A stretch of 64,000 nt of DNA from Selaginella moellendorffii (lineage: Eukaryota; Plantae; Lycopodiophyta), in the NCBI RefSeq assembly GCF_000143415.4, contig NW_003314337.1, positions 751,771 to 815,770 on the forward strand. Reading direction: 5' to 3'. Position 1 is the stretch's first letter. Each line of letters starts with the position of its first letter. Made by a program: the position numbers and the translations under genes. The notes beneath the pieces were generated by a model that saw nothing but the letters and a program-made list of their open reading frames with translations, was not told the DNA's origin and ran no database searches. Below are positions 26,776-39,300 of the stretch, one piece after another.

Positions 26776-27894
26776 ATGGTGCCGGCGCCTGTGTCTCTCG
26801 TTGGCCTGCTCGTCTCCCAATTGAAGCTCGATCTTGAGCTTTGGTCTCTGCGTACGGGCCGTAGCTTCCAGGCTATGGACCTTGCTTTGTCTAGGTTTGA
26901 AGCCCTTGCGAACATGGATAAGTTGCTCTTGGCGTTTGAATGGGAAGCCATCGTCACCTGGGTCACAGACGAGCTCGCATTTGCACATCGCACACTCCAG
27001 CCACTGTCACTGGTCGACCCAAAGAGCGCAGCCGTCTTTACTCGGAAACTGGACGCCATCATCTTGAGTTTTTTCCCGGCCGTGTGTAAGCAGCAGCTCA
27101 GGATCCAGGCGCTCGCAATTTCTCAGGGCGAGATTGTGCTGCAGAGGCAGCTTGGGAGTGGCGGACAAGGATCGGTTTACCTGGGACAGTGGCAACGCCA
27201 CGGGAAAGTGGCAGTCAAGTGCTTCCGTTCGCCAAGCCTTTGGCGGACGGAGGTTAAGGCTCTTGCGCTCTTGCAGAGCCGGACGTCGGCGCATATCCTC
27301 CATCCCTATGGTGTGCTAGACGGCAGCATCGTTTTTCCTGTGATGGAGTGTCATCTCCAGAAGCTTATTGACGATGTTCCAACGATTCCAGAGCCTGAGC
27401 GACTGAAATGGTCTTACCGGTTCCTATCTATACTCGTGCAGGCGGCCAAGGGAGTTGCTACGATGCATTCACATGGAATTCCTCACAGAGATTTGAAGCC
27501 AGACAACATCTTGATTCTGGACGCGGTGGGGATTTGCCTGGCCAAGGTAGCTGACATGGGCCACGCGAAAATCGGGTTCCATTCGGGCCCTAACTCGGGC
27601 GGCACGTCGCACCTGTTCTACACTCCCCCGGAGCTCAGGCAGCCCAAGGGCGGGGCTACCGGAATGAAACCCTGGTATTCCAAGCAGAGTTTCGACTGCT
27701 ATGCGCTGGGAGCTGTCGTGAAAAGTTGCATCAATACAGGAATTTTTGAATGCCACCCTCGAGCAACTGACCACCTTAAAAGCATTGTAGAAGACTGCTG
27801 CCAAGCAGCACCTGGAGGTAGACCCTCGGCCAAAGATGTGGTAGCCAGGCTCACGGAAGTTCTCAAGGCATACTTTCTCGAGATTGAAGGTTGA
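26776..27894 (+). CDS. Intronless Ser/Thr(-Tyr) protein kinase with a ~105-aa N-terminal helical domain (372 aa)
   Basis: GSGGQG, VAVK, alphaC Glu (TEVKAL), HRDLKPDN, DMG, YTPPE, DCYALG, RPSA; uninterrupted ORF. Confidence 0.9.
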   Translation: MVPAPVSLVGLLVSQLKLDLELWSLRTGRSFQAMDLALSRFEALANMDKLLLAFEWEAIVTWVTDELAFAHRTLQPLSLVDPKSAAVFTRKLDAIILSFFPAVCKQQLRIQALAISQGEIVLQRQLGSGGQGSVYLGQWQRHGKVAVKCFRSPSLWRTEVKALALLQSRTSAHILHPYGVLDGSIVFPVMECHLQKLIDDVPTIPEPERLKWSYRFLSILVQAAKGVATMHSHGIPHRDLKPDNILILDAVGICLAKVADMGHAKIGFHSGPNSGGTSHLFYTPPELRQPKGGATGMKPWYSKQSFDCYALGAVVKSCINTGIFECHPRATDHLKSIVEDCCQAAPGGRPSAKDVVARLTEVLKAYFLEIEG

Positions 27895-28550
27895 TTTATA
27901 AACACACATAGTATGTATTCTGTATTAATGACCACGCTTTCCAAAAGTTGAGATCGTTGCTTGACTGCTAGCTCCACCACGTTGGCCAGTGACTTCACAG
28001 CGACAATGAACATAAAGTATACCAACTACCAATGGCATGGAATTCTTGTCCAAAAAATCTTGTTTGTGGTAGTGAAGCCAATTAAAATTTAAATTTGATT
28101 CTTTTTACTTGGACATGCTCCAAAGAAAAATGTATATTCACCATCTGTTCAGCCTCAACCCTGAAAAGAAGCTATTGCCCCTTTAAACTCCAACAATTAC
28201 CATTCTTATGAGAGACCAATCTGGATGACAAATAAGTATACATTTATGTAAACAAATTGGGAGCCTGGGAGTGGATGGCATTTTTGCTGTTCTCAAGAGT
28301 GAATGAAATTAAAATGAAATCATTACCCACACTGCAGCAATTTTGATCTGTAAACACCATGCCTGGGCCCCGAGGAGAAAAAAGAAAGAATAGCAAACCT
28401 GAATAACAAGCAGCCTCATGAGAAGAATTGCCAACTTCTTCAAATAGAATCCATGACGAGGAAACCGACTCATACACTGACACAGAGAGACCTTATAAGA
28501 GAAAGCATGTGCCTTATAAGAAAATGTTTTGGTTCATACGGCAAAAAATG

Positions 28551-29315
28551 TCACATCAATTTTACAGCCACAAGAGTGAGATTATCATTTGTCCCAGCCT
28601 TAAGTGCTGTGTCTATCACTTTTGAAGGAATCCCCTGGCATGTTCCATTCCTAATTGCATTGCCAACGACTTTACAAACACCCTGATATCTCAGCTTTTC
28701 AAAAATCCCATCAGATCCAACCAAAAGGTAAAGAGGTCTTGGCCTGTGTTGCCTCAGGTCATGTACTGTGAATTCTGGCACTGCGCTCATCCCAAACGCC
28801 TTGAGATCACGATCACCTATAGCTCTCGACACCTCAAACTCACCAAACAGCTTCCCGTTGCTGTGAATGCTTCCACCAGCTTCCTCAATCCGTTTTCTCT
28901 CGTCCTCCCAATACGGATGATGGTCACGCGTCAGCCTTACACAATCCTCAGGTTCCATACCACATAGGATAGCCCTAGAGTCTCCAACATTCAAGACCAC
29001 AAGGGTGTGGCCGGTGACAGCTGCTACGCAGGCTGTGGTTCCTGCGACAATTCCATGCTTCTCTGATTCCTTAAGGAAGGCATCCTCCACGTCTGAGACT
29101 GCCGAGGACAGAGCGGCCATTAGCAATTGGGTGTTGTCGTTGCTTTTGTTCAAGTGATAGTTGAATCTTTCATAGAACCAGGTCACTGCAAAATCGCTTG
29201 CCTGTGATCCGCGATGGCCATCAAACACTGCAAACAGTCCAACCTTTCCTGGGATCGCCAACAACCTGTCCTCCTGGTACGCTCTGCGCCCCATGTGACT
29301 CGCTGCCTCCCACAT
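28551..29315 (-). CDS. Intronless PP2C/PPM family protein phosphatase (254 aa from ATG 29315)
   Basis: RRAYQEDR, FAVFDGH, GTTA, NVGDSRA, LTRDHHP..ERKRI, VSRAIGD, GSDGIF and DNLT all present. Confidence 0.93.
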   Translation of the reverse strand: MWEAASHMGRRAYQEDRLLAIPGKVGLFAVFDGHRGSQASDFAVTWFYERFNYHLNKSNDNTQLLMAALSSAVSDVEDAFLKESEKHGIVAGTTACVAAVTGHTLVVLNVGDSRAILCGMEPEDCVRLTRDHHPYWEDERKRIEEAGGSIHSNGKLFGEFEVSRAIGDRDLKAFGMSAVPEFTVHDLRQHRPRPLYLLVGSDGIFEKLRYQGVCKVVGNAIRNGTCQGIPSKVIDTALKAGTNDNLTLVAVKLM

Positions 29316-31269
29316 CACGCTTCCCTTTCCCGTCTAGCCCTAAAAAGTTATGCGAATATCTTAGGATATAGTTTATTTGGTTTCCATTTGGTTTTATATG
29401 GTTATCCCTGTAGTGGCTATAGAAGGGGTGCTTATGTCGAAAATTCTTCTCATGAGAATCAAAGCTTATGCTTCTCACCACAGACTCATGCACAAGTATC
29501 ATGAACATTTAAACTCGATTCCAGATATTCCAACTTCACTCTGGAAAAAACGACAAACAAACAAACAAACAAGAGAACATACCTTTTGCCTCATTACTAT
29601 CTGTTGAAGACATAGTCCACCATTTGGCTAAGCCAAAAACTAAGTTGATGGCCAATTTATAATTTATAAACTGTATCATTGTCAATGTGGACGTGGCCCC
29701 AACTTATTGGAATCCCAAGTGTGTGACCCCAGAAGGCAACTCTTCCACCAATGGATCGACTTGACAGATTCCTGCACTAACGTGAGGGCATGCTATGGAC
29801 GCTCCAGTCCTGATGTGGAAGTCAGAGAACACACGGCAGCTAAATCTTTGTTAAAAACAGGTGTTATGAAGCTGGACTATGCTACTAAAAACCGACATTG
29901 GGCTGACCTTGAGAATGTTTAGAGAGAAAGGTGAGTGACAGGCCTTTGTATGTGAAGTCATGTTGCTTGAGCTGCAAAATGTTTCTAGCCGAAATAAGAG
30001 GCCTAAAAAGAAAGATATACACAAGAGATATCTTTTAATTCACTATATATGAAATTCAAATAAATTTTTGTAGATTTTTGAAAAATCACAATAGATTTAC
30101 TTATAAAATATCAACTTATAACCTCTTGTCATTTCTTTGCATATTAAATTCAAATGTTTTTAATTGTAAATTCATATGGAATTTAAAATGCCTTGCCACC
30201 TCAACAATGCAACATAAGCAATTCCACATCATTATATACATGTCACATCAACAAGAAATCAAGATTATTGTTTCAATAGAAATCTAAACCATAAAATTAA
30301 ATACCCCATGTTCTGTTTTTCTATGAGATTTTTCTCGTTTCTTCCTCTTTGACCTTGCAAGGCACTTTATGCTTGCGAGGTGCTTTGTGAGTGTTGGCCT
30401 CTGGCTCTTCATCTAAATCGATTAGAACCATGTTAAGCTGTTACTGATCAATTGCCATTCTTGTGGATTCCAATCTAGCTCCTGGGCAGCTGTTCTCTGC
30501 TTCCATTGAGTCTATGTGCCAATCTTGGCTATAAATTCTTCAGCCATGTGGATGGTGTTCATGGGGAATTTTCTGCAATCTTTTCCAGTGGTGCTTCTAG
30601 AATTTTTGGAATTCAAATTCAAAAAATTTGGAAGAAGACTTTGGCGGTCTTGCAGTGCCAGGGCAGCCTGAGGATTGGCCAGGGCAGGAGGACGACATTG
30701 TTGCTTCTGTGGTTCTACTGTTTGAGGCACGTGCATTGGCGTCACACTTGTCGAGGGCATCTGCTGTGCTTGTGATCCATGGTGCCAGAGGTGTTGGTTT
30801 TGCCTTTTTAGGGCGCGGTGTGGGCATCTGTTTCGGAGCTGAAAGGGTGTGGGCATTTGGGGCCTATTTGACAACATAAGCTATGAAAAAGAAACGGCAC
30901 AAGCTCATAAATAACAAGAGCCCATTGTTTTGTGGAGCCTCCCGTTTTGGCTGTAGGCCGTGACGCTCGACGTCCACAATATCACATTCTTGTCTGGCTG
31001 GCTTGCCAACTGCATGACGTCTTTGTAGGCAATGTCCAGGGCTTAATTTCGTGTGCCTGTCTTGGAGCTCTTGTGATGGATCTCCAGCAATATGAAGTGC
31101 AGTACCTTGAACTATAGCCACTTGTATCTCCTGTTGTCAGTTGGGTTGGGTGAACAAATGGTAAATAACGAAAATCGTTGTAGCCATCTTAAAACCGACC
31201 CTCCTCTCCACCAATGAAATCAGCATTGGAGGAGCATGGAATTCTAAGAAACCTCAGCAGCCATCAGCA

Positions 31270-31368
31270 GCAAAATCGCTTGCCTATGGCCATTACACAC
31301 TGCAAACAGTCCACACCAATTGATAGAGGTCTGGGAGATAAAGCCTGACTCTTCCATCTTGGCACCAC
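31270..31368 (-). pseudogene. Short degenerate PP2C N-terminal fragment
   Basis: 31270-31313 closely matches 29188-29242 and translates to KMEE...GLFAVCNGH. Confidence 0.6.
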
Positions 31369-31739
31369 CACTACTACTTGGAATTAAAACGTATCCTTTT
31401 TGGTTTTAATTCTGTGCTGCTGGATAAATCCTCCAGCACAGTTTTCTTATTTTCCCATGTGATTCTACTCATACCAAGTGCTTCACAAAGCTTGCCTGAC
31501 TAAAAACACAGCTTGGAAAGCATATCTTTCCTGAATTCCCCTGTGCACGGCGAACCTGCATGTCACCCTTGTTGTCTTGATCTTACCTGAGTGATGTGTG
31601 GAGCTGGAAGTGCCCAAGAAACATGAACTGGGAAGATATCTGTGAGCCCAAGTGTCCAAATCTCAAGAAAGATCGTCAAAGAGATCTTGCACTACTGATG
31701 GTAGGCTGGGAAACGTGGAAGAGTTTGAGAAGCTGATCA

Positions 31740-31890
31740 AGAGGAACCACTCTTGAATGCAGCAACTGCCCAGAAAGGGCATTGCAAGGGGGCATTAGTG
31801 ACCTTTGTGAGTGATCATGCAAAAGACGGTAGTTTTCTCGGCAGCAACGTGCTCTTGAGCACAGCACTCATCAACATGTATAGAAAGTGG
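31740..31890 (+). pseudogene. PPR gene fragment
   Basis: SNVLLSTALINMYRK resembles the PLS-class PPR motif xxVxxxTALINMYxKC. Confidence 0.45.
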
Positions 31891-32199
31891 CTCAAACTTG
31901 GTGCTTGTCAATTGGCTGATTCATCTCTACAGCACCTTTGAGTGGGCGATGGATGCATGAATTTGCTGGTGGTTGCTCCAGAACCTATATCTAGATATGT
32001 GAAATCTAAGAGCCCATGTAGTCTAGTGGTGCACAATCCTGGGACAAGGAACAGCACAGACGGAACAAGACATGAAGGAGCTTGGCATTTGCCCAGAAGC
32101 ATTAGGCATTGGAGTTTTATGTGTTCTTTATTGCCTTGACACATGATGGAGACAGTAGTCACAGAGTTGGTGGCATGTTGGGGCGGGCAAAGGGAGCTA

Positions 32200-33340
32200 A
32201 ACAATCACTTTAGGGGTGACTTGGAGCAGCTAGGAATTAAAAAAGTTCCCAACCTCTAAAGTCTCTTAGAAATACTATGCATGGTATCTTGCTATGATGG
32301 TGATTGGGATGGAAGGGCTTTTAGATCAGGTGGCAAGGATTGTTGCCACGATTGGGACTAATGGTATACAGAGGTGAATTCCCTATGGCAAGGCTAGAAA
32401 AAGAAATATAAGAAATTTCAAGAAAGAATGGCAAGAAGTTAAAAAGTTTGTTGACATAGTCTAACAAGACCTTCAATAGTAGGAATTTGAAATAATTTCC
32501 AATTTATTTAACACACATGGTCTCACTATGGCATGGTCCATCCAGCTATTAGAGTGCCCTTCCAGATATACATCCACATCATAGTTCTCACCTTCTTAAG
32601 AGTTGTCCTCAACACCAGCCAGATTGAGACAAGATACCAAATATGAGGGAGGATGACACTCTTTGCTACCACCCTCCCTGGAAGTCTGAGTTTTCTTGGT
32701 GCCCAACTTTGCACTACTGTTCTGACTGGCTTGTGTCCTGAAGCATTGTGCTGAATGTGACTCCCACCTATATCCCAAGGTATCTTGTGTCCTCCCCTGG
32801 TTTCAACCCAATTTCTTGCTCCCACCATTCAGTTCTCAACTTACCTCAGTTGATCATATTGAATTATTCCAACTGATGGCATCCCAGATTGCCAGATTAA
32901 ACATTTCCAGTTTTCCTTCACCTCGTCCAGGTTCTTGGTGTGGCCAGGAGGAGTGTTAGCTGCAAAGGTGCCATCTAGGAGCTCTTGCACCACTTCTGCT
33001 GTCCTTGGAAGTTGTTGTCTCATGCTAGGGATTTTGATGCCTTTCACTTTCTTGTCTTCTGCCATGAATGCTCAGAGTGCCTCCACCACTAACAGGAATA
33101 AATATGGGGGCACCCTTGACTCACTTACCTCCCAAGCTAGAAACTTGGGCCCAACTCCCCATTTATTGCAACTTGGCTTGTCACCCCCTGAAAAAGCAGT
33201 CAAATGTGCAAGACCATTAGCGCCAGAATGCCAACCTTGGTCATGCACTCCTTGAAGAATGCCAATCCATTCAGCTGTAGGCCTTCCCAAAGTCAAGTGG
33301 CCACACTGGAATTTGTTGCTTTGTGATCTCCATCCAACTG
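32200..33340 (-). mobile_element. Decayed L1-type non-LTR retrotransposon ORF2 (RT 3' part)
   Basis: PPYLFLLVVEAL, GIKIP, LPGRVVAKSVILPHIWYLVSIW, YIWKG; truncated by the family B insertion. Confidence 0.7.
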
Positions 33341-33539
33341 TGTGAGACACAAATCCCTAAGCCCCAAAGTGGAGTCGAAAGGATGCCACGTGGTAGTGGC
33401 CGAAGCAAAAGCTAAATGAGCGTAACACGTTTGGAGTAAATGCTCTGACTTGCTCGAGAGCGGGAGTGGAACTCCCAACAAAGTGCTCAAGGAACAAGCA
33501 CAAAGCAAGCAATAAGTGAGTTTTTAGAAAAGGGACACA

Positions 33540-34120
33540 AGAGGAGTTCGAGATGGACCGAGACGGAGTCTGAGATGGATTCCGAGATGGACCTCAGATG
33601 GAGTCTGAGATAGAGTCCGAGATAGAGTCCGAGATGGAGTCCGAGATGGACCTGAGATGGAGTCCGAGATGGAGTCCAAGATGGAGTCCAAGATGGAGTC
33701 CGAGATGGACTGAGATGGAGTCCGAGATGGACCCGAGATGGAGTCCAAGATGGAGTCTGAGATGGACCGAGATGGAGTTCAAGATGGACCAAGGATGGAG
33801 TTTGAGATGGACCTGAGATGGAGTTCGAGATGGACCGAGATAGAGTCCGAGATGGACCCGAGATGGAGTCTGACATGGAGTCTGAGATAGACCAAGATGG
33901 AGTTCGAGATGGACCCAAGATGGAATCTGAGATGGAGTCTGAGAAGGACCCGAGATGGACCCGAGATGGACCCGAGATGGAATCCTAGATGGAGTTTGAG
34001 AAGGACCCAAGATGGAGTCCGAGGTCGAGACCGAGACCGGGGCCGAGACCGAGACCAAGATTGGGATTGAGACCGAGACCAAGGCTGAGACCGAGTCTAA
34101 GTTCAAGTCCAAGTCCGAGG
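33540..34120 (+). repeat. 11/12-bp GAGATGGAGTCC / GAGATGGACCC tandem array inside family B LTRs
   Basis: The same array occurs at 8335-8590, 46540-47180 and 49440-49960 with different copy numbers. Confidence 0.95.
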
Positions 34121-36349
34121 GTGAAAGCCCAAAGCATTTGTCTCTCAGACCCTGGGGGGTTTGGTGAGCTCCAAAAGTATAGTAGAGGGAAGACTCCAAT
34201 GGAGCTAGCTTGGTCAGGAAAGGCTAGTTTGGCCTAGGAAGGCTGTGCCCAGGTGTTGGGTGATGGGATAACCACTGGGAAGTCCAAGGCTAGAGTGAAT
34301 ATGGATTGACAAGTGGGGTAGCTTGGTGAAGTGTTCAAGAGTTGGCTATAGTTCCCCCGGGAGATCGAATGGCCAATGCTCCCAGTCCAAGTGTGGGTGG
34401 CACTACCTACTTGGATGCCTGGCGTGGCTCAATGGAACTTTGCTCTAAGCCCATGGCTAGAGAACCAAAAGGAAGAAGGTGGGGAGAGTACCCATGAGGC
34501 TTACGTAAAGCCCCGGTGTTCCGCAATATTGTCCCAAAGTCCCAGACTGTGAAAAGGAAGAAGAGCAATCCTCTAGTGCAGTGATTAAGGATATGGTCAC
34601 ATGATAAAGAGGTCCCAAAGGACAGTGGGAATTAGAGGTCAAGCCCAAGGGCCTTGTTCTAGTGGCAGTGTTGGTGAACATAGCCATGGACAGAAAGGGA
34701 TTTGGTGAGGACTGGAAAAGGGATATTGGAGAAGGCTGTTCCCCATGTCTGCGGACATCTTAAGGATGTTAAAGAGTGGATGTAGGATGACCACTCATAG
34801 ACGAATGGCTTAGTCTTGGAGAGATAGAACTGTGATCCAGGTGATATTCGACCACTAGTGCGGCAAAGGTGATGGGGCATGGCCTTAGCGTAATGGGCTG
34901 ATATGTTGGTGGCACCTTTGAGTGTCAGTCATGGGATCGGACACGTGAAGCACTTGGACCAAATGCAAAGGTTGAGTGGCAGAGATGCCATTCTCGAGGC
35001 TAACAAGCCCCAAGTTCAGAATAAGACTTATGGAGGTTGTGAGTGAGACTTCTCCAAATAGTCGGAGGTGTGGTTAAGTGACTAAAGTGGAATGGAAAAT
35101 TTAGTTGCTTACAACTTGGTATCAGAGTTGTTCCTTAGTATGACTCTTATTGGTGGCCAAGTATATCATCACTTGTATTGGAATTAAAAGGTCCTAGATA
35201 TAAACCTATCTTTGAGGAGTAGCATGTCGAGAGGACATGGCTCTCCACTCAAGTTCATGAGTGAAATGTGGTGGAGAGAAAAGGGGCAGTAAAGGAATGA
35301 CTTTGGGATCTTGGGAACAGTATAAAGTTTTCCTCAAAGAGTTGAGGATATGATCCAAATGAGCATTTGACTCAGCAAACTTGCTAATATAGTTGTGGTA
35401 AACAAATATAGTTGGGATCATGGGAAAGATAGAGACTCCAAAACAATAAAGGAGTCATAAGATTATCCTCATATGGTTGAGGTTGGTGCTCATGAATTTG
35501 AAACCAAAATTAATGATCGTGAGAGGTCAAATACGGAAGAGGACACAAGTCTTTGAAATAGTAGTTGGGGCTACCCTTAATAAATGCTAAAACAACCCAA
35601 GGGATTAGGGGTGTATTTAGAGGATGGATTAGTATTCTCATCACATGGACAAATAGTCCTAAGGGGCAAAAGTAGCCCATATAGAACAAAGAATAATCAA
35701 GTGTCAGAGTAACACTTGCAAGAATGGTCTTTATAGGTAGGATATAAATACAAAAAGTTGTATTCTAACAAATTGACACCTCAAAAATGGGACCTTATAG
35801 GTTGTCAAATTAGTGAAGTTCAAAAATGCTAAGGGATTGGAAAAAAAGTTTAGATTAAGGTGTATTGTGCCCCACGAAGGATGGGGAGGATCTTAAGATC
35901 CAAGTATGAGAATAGTGGGTATCTTATTGGTGGCAGAGTGTGCTATGCTAAAGTCATGGGAAAAAGTTTCTTGGAAGAAAACAACTTTAACACAAAGTTG
36001 TGCGTAAACTCAATGGTGTAGTGCTAATGGATAGTTAGCATAAAAGACAATTGTAGTGGTCTTGGCAAAGACCTAAACACAAGTAAGAAGTGTCATAGAG
36101 GTAAGCTCGTGGAGCCGATGGTGTGCAAACACCGAATATGCTAAGGCATGATGCCTTGAGGTCAAGTTGGTGGGTTCATAAAAACCACTTCTAAAGGAAT
36201 CCCAATGGAAATGGGAATGGCATACCCTAAGTTGGATGATATGTGGTTAAAGTGTGGTGACCTAAATAATGATGGAGGTGTGGAAGCATCAGCAATTAGT
36301 TGTAGAACTTAACAACTATGAGGCAACTAAGCAAAAGGTGCATAACTAC

Positions 36350-39300
36350 TGTCGCGAATGTGACTTTGGGTATCGAAAGTTACCTGTCGGCTAGTCCTTT
36401 CGGATACTCTTACCTTACTGCCACGATGGTAGGAGGTCAGTATTGCTGGACCCGTTATCAGTCTCCACCTAAGCTAGTTGAGAAACTGGTCCTCGCGTGT
36501 GCACTTGACCAGATGAGCATAAGGACGGAATTCCTACGTGCTATTTGTCAAGCATACTTGACCTGGTTAGAGAAACTCATTCTTTGACTTGCACTTGCTA
36601 GTGTTGGGAACCCCCACGATATTGAGCTTGGTCCCTCAATATTGCTAGATGATAGCTTACCGTGTCTGCCAAACACCCTCGCTATCATACCCTTTGTGTT
36701 AGTCTCATTCCGGTCCCAGATGCTATTTATGGAAAGTGCTCATTTGGCATATCTACGGAATGTAGAGATCGGTCTGAACACAATGGTGTTCGTCCCGTGT
36801 CCAAATTCGCATTCTAGCGCCATTCCATATTTAGTAAGTTTCGAGCTTGTCCCAGAGACTAACTCCTGGTACTAAAGGTAGGCTTGGGTGAAAGCCCAAA
36901 GCGTGTGTTCCTCAAGGGGGGGGGGGGCTATAGGGGGTTCCAAATGTATAGTAGGGATAGTGGGTAGGTCGGGCATGGCCGACCAACCTGAGGCATAATC
37001 TAGCTCCCGCTTGCGTGCCTGTCCTTGTTCTGCGTCCGGCTTGGGTCTAAGCCCAAGCTCCATTCCATGCTAGTTGGTGGAGTACCCATGTCCTCGCGTT
37101 AGGCCACCGGTATGCCAAAATAGCGCCACACTCCGTTTGGCTCCATTTTGCGTGCTAGTCCTGGCATTGGGATGCTGGTTACTCTAGGACTGTTCCAAGT
37201 CGCTCCGGGCCCCTGTCCCTTCGCTCCTTGGGCTTTATGCTCGGGAGTTGCTCCGTGGTTCAGTTCCATCACTCCTTGGCTCCATGCTTGGGAGTTTGGC
37301 ACCGTTCCTTCGTTCAGTGGCCCAAGGCCCTGAACCTCGGGTTCCTATGGACACGTGGCATGTGACACATGGCATCTGTCATGTGGCACAAAGAGGGTTT
37401 AGGTTCCGCTTCGTGGTGTTATCCCATGGTAAATCACCATAGGATAAAGGGTCAAAACCACGTGTGCTACATTTGGTATCAGAGATATGAGTCTCAGCGA
37501 GTACTATTCAATGAGATTGGGCAACTAGTCTCGTTGCATACGCAGAGATGAAAACGATGATCCGAGTGGGTACACGTTTGGTGCAAAGGGTTCACATTGG
37601 TTCCTTAGGTATGGATATTGTTGCCTTGTTGTACCTTATGATGTGAGCTTACGCTTGGGCTCATAGGATGGATTGGAGATGTTCCGTTTGCACGAGCTAG
37701 TGCTTGGGCTCATGAGTGAGGCACATTAGCAACTCAAGGTTACACTTTGAGTTGGCAAGATTAATGTTAGCCTATCGGTGGCTCCATGAGTTGTTCTAAT
37801 GGTTCCATAAGTTGTTCCTTGCACTATAGGTGAAAGTAAACTTTCCTTGGGTTTGCTGTGAGTGGCAAATAGGCTGGTCTGTAGCTGTTTAGCACGGCAC
37901 TAGTGGATCCTTCTTAGGCATGATTACAAGTGGATCAATCAAGACTGTAGGGATAAGTCTATTGATTTCAAGTAATTGTTGCTGTGCTCTCTCATAAACT
38001 TTTCTTAGATTGGACTGAAGGCAATGCGAAAGCAAGCTTGAGGTTTGGTCAAAGATGAGACCGAAAAGAGAGTTATCGGAGGATCAAATACGTAAATCAT
38101 TTATCTCCTTGGAGAAATGATTTGTAACGAGGTGTGACTCATTGCTCGTGTTCACATTATGCAATCAAGAGTCCCTATCTTGATGCATGTTGGGATGATG
38201 GTCTTACAATGGTGAGTTGTGGGATGGATAGCGGTGAAGCGCTATACCATTTTATCTAGGCTTGCTATTGGAAGACTTGGGTTGCAATGCTCAATTCTTT
38301 TCTGGGGAACCTTGCTATTGCTCCTTGAGTAGCTTGGTGTTGGATTAGTTTTGAGTTTGGTCGGAAAGAGAGTGGCATAAGCTTGTCCGTGTTGTGAACA
38401 AAAGTTAGTGGTGTTGAGTGTTGTAAATCTCTATCGGTGGGGTGTGGCATTTATGTTGCATTTTGTCGAATCGAGTTGACACTTGATACTCACATAAACC
38501 TTTGTAGTAGTGACATAGGCATTGCTCATAGTGTTGCTTGATTGATGATCAAGTCATTGTGATACTTATATCATATCCATGTGATAGTGAGCGATGTGTT
38601 TACGAAGTTGCTTGGGTAAACGATGATCAACCCTAAAGTGGTTGATGGTGAAGCTAGTCTATTTGCACGAAGTAGTATTGTAGTAGCTTTGACTAGATTC
38701 TCAAAGGTGGTCCATTATGCTAAGCTTGAGTTGGTACCTTGTTTCTTTGAGGGTTTGCCCATAAGGTGTTGGAAAGGGTTGTAGTATTCATTTGCTATAA
38801 CTCATCAGTTGGTCCGTTAACACTTGGAGTAGATTGTTGGATAGAGACGATGTGTAGTTGAGGCATTGACATTGCTAGCACTTGTGTTAATGGAAGTGGC
38901 ATTGTTATTTTCAAGTGATGGGAATTTTCCTTAGAGCTTGATTTTCTATGTCATTTTTCTTGTTAGTGTTTGGCCTTCACATTGGATCTTGAAGGTGGTT
39001 GAAGAAGAGTGTTAGTGCAATGTGGATATCTGGAGATGTGGTCTTCGTGATTAAGCCTTGGATGTTCACTTTGCATTTGCGGATGTCGGTGTTGGATGTC
39101 GGAAGAATGGGCAAAAAGATGTTCGAGGCTTAAGCATACTATGGGTCATGAGAATTGGTGTCAAAGTGAACCTATGTGAAGTTGTTAGTAGGAGGAAGTT
39201 GGTTGAGTCTTGAAAGTTTGTATTCCTAGACTGAGAGTCATTCTTTCTCTAGGATGGAAAATTTTCCACAAATTTTCTTAGACTTCTCCAATGGCTGATC

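Noticed and set aside
30330-31190. Coding-looking minus-strand stretch upstream of the PP2C (also 23330-24020)
   Set aside because: Multiple stops and no recognisable domain; cannot support a gene model
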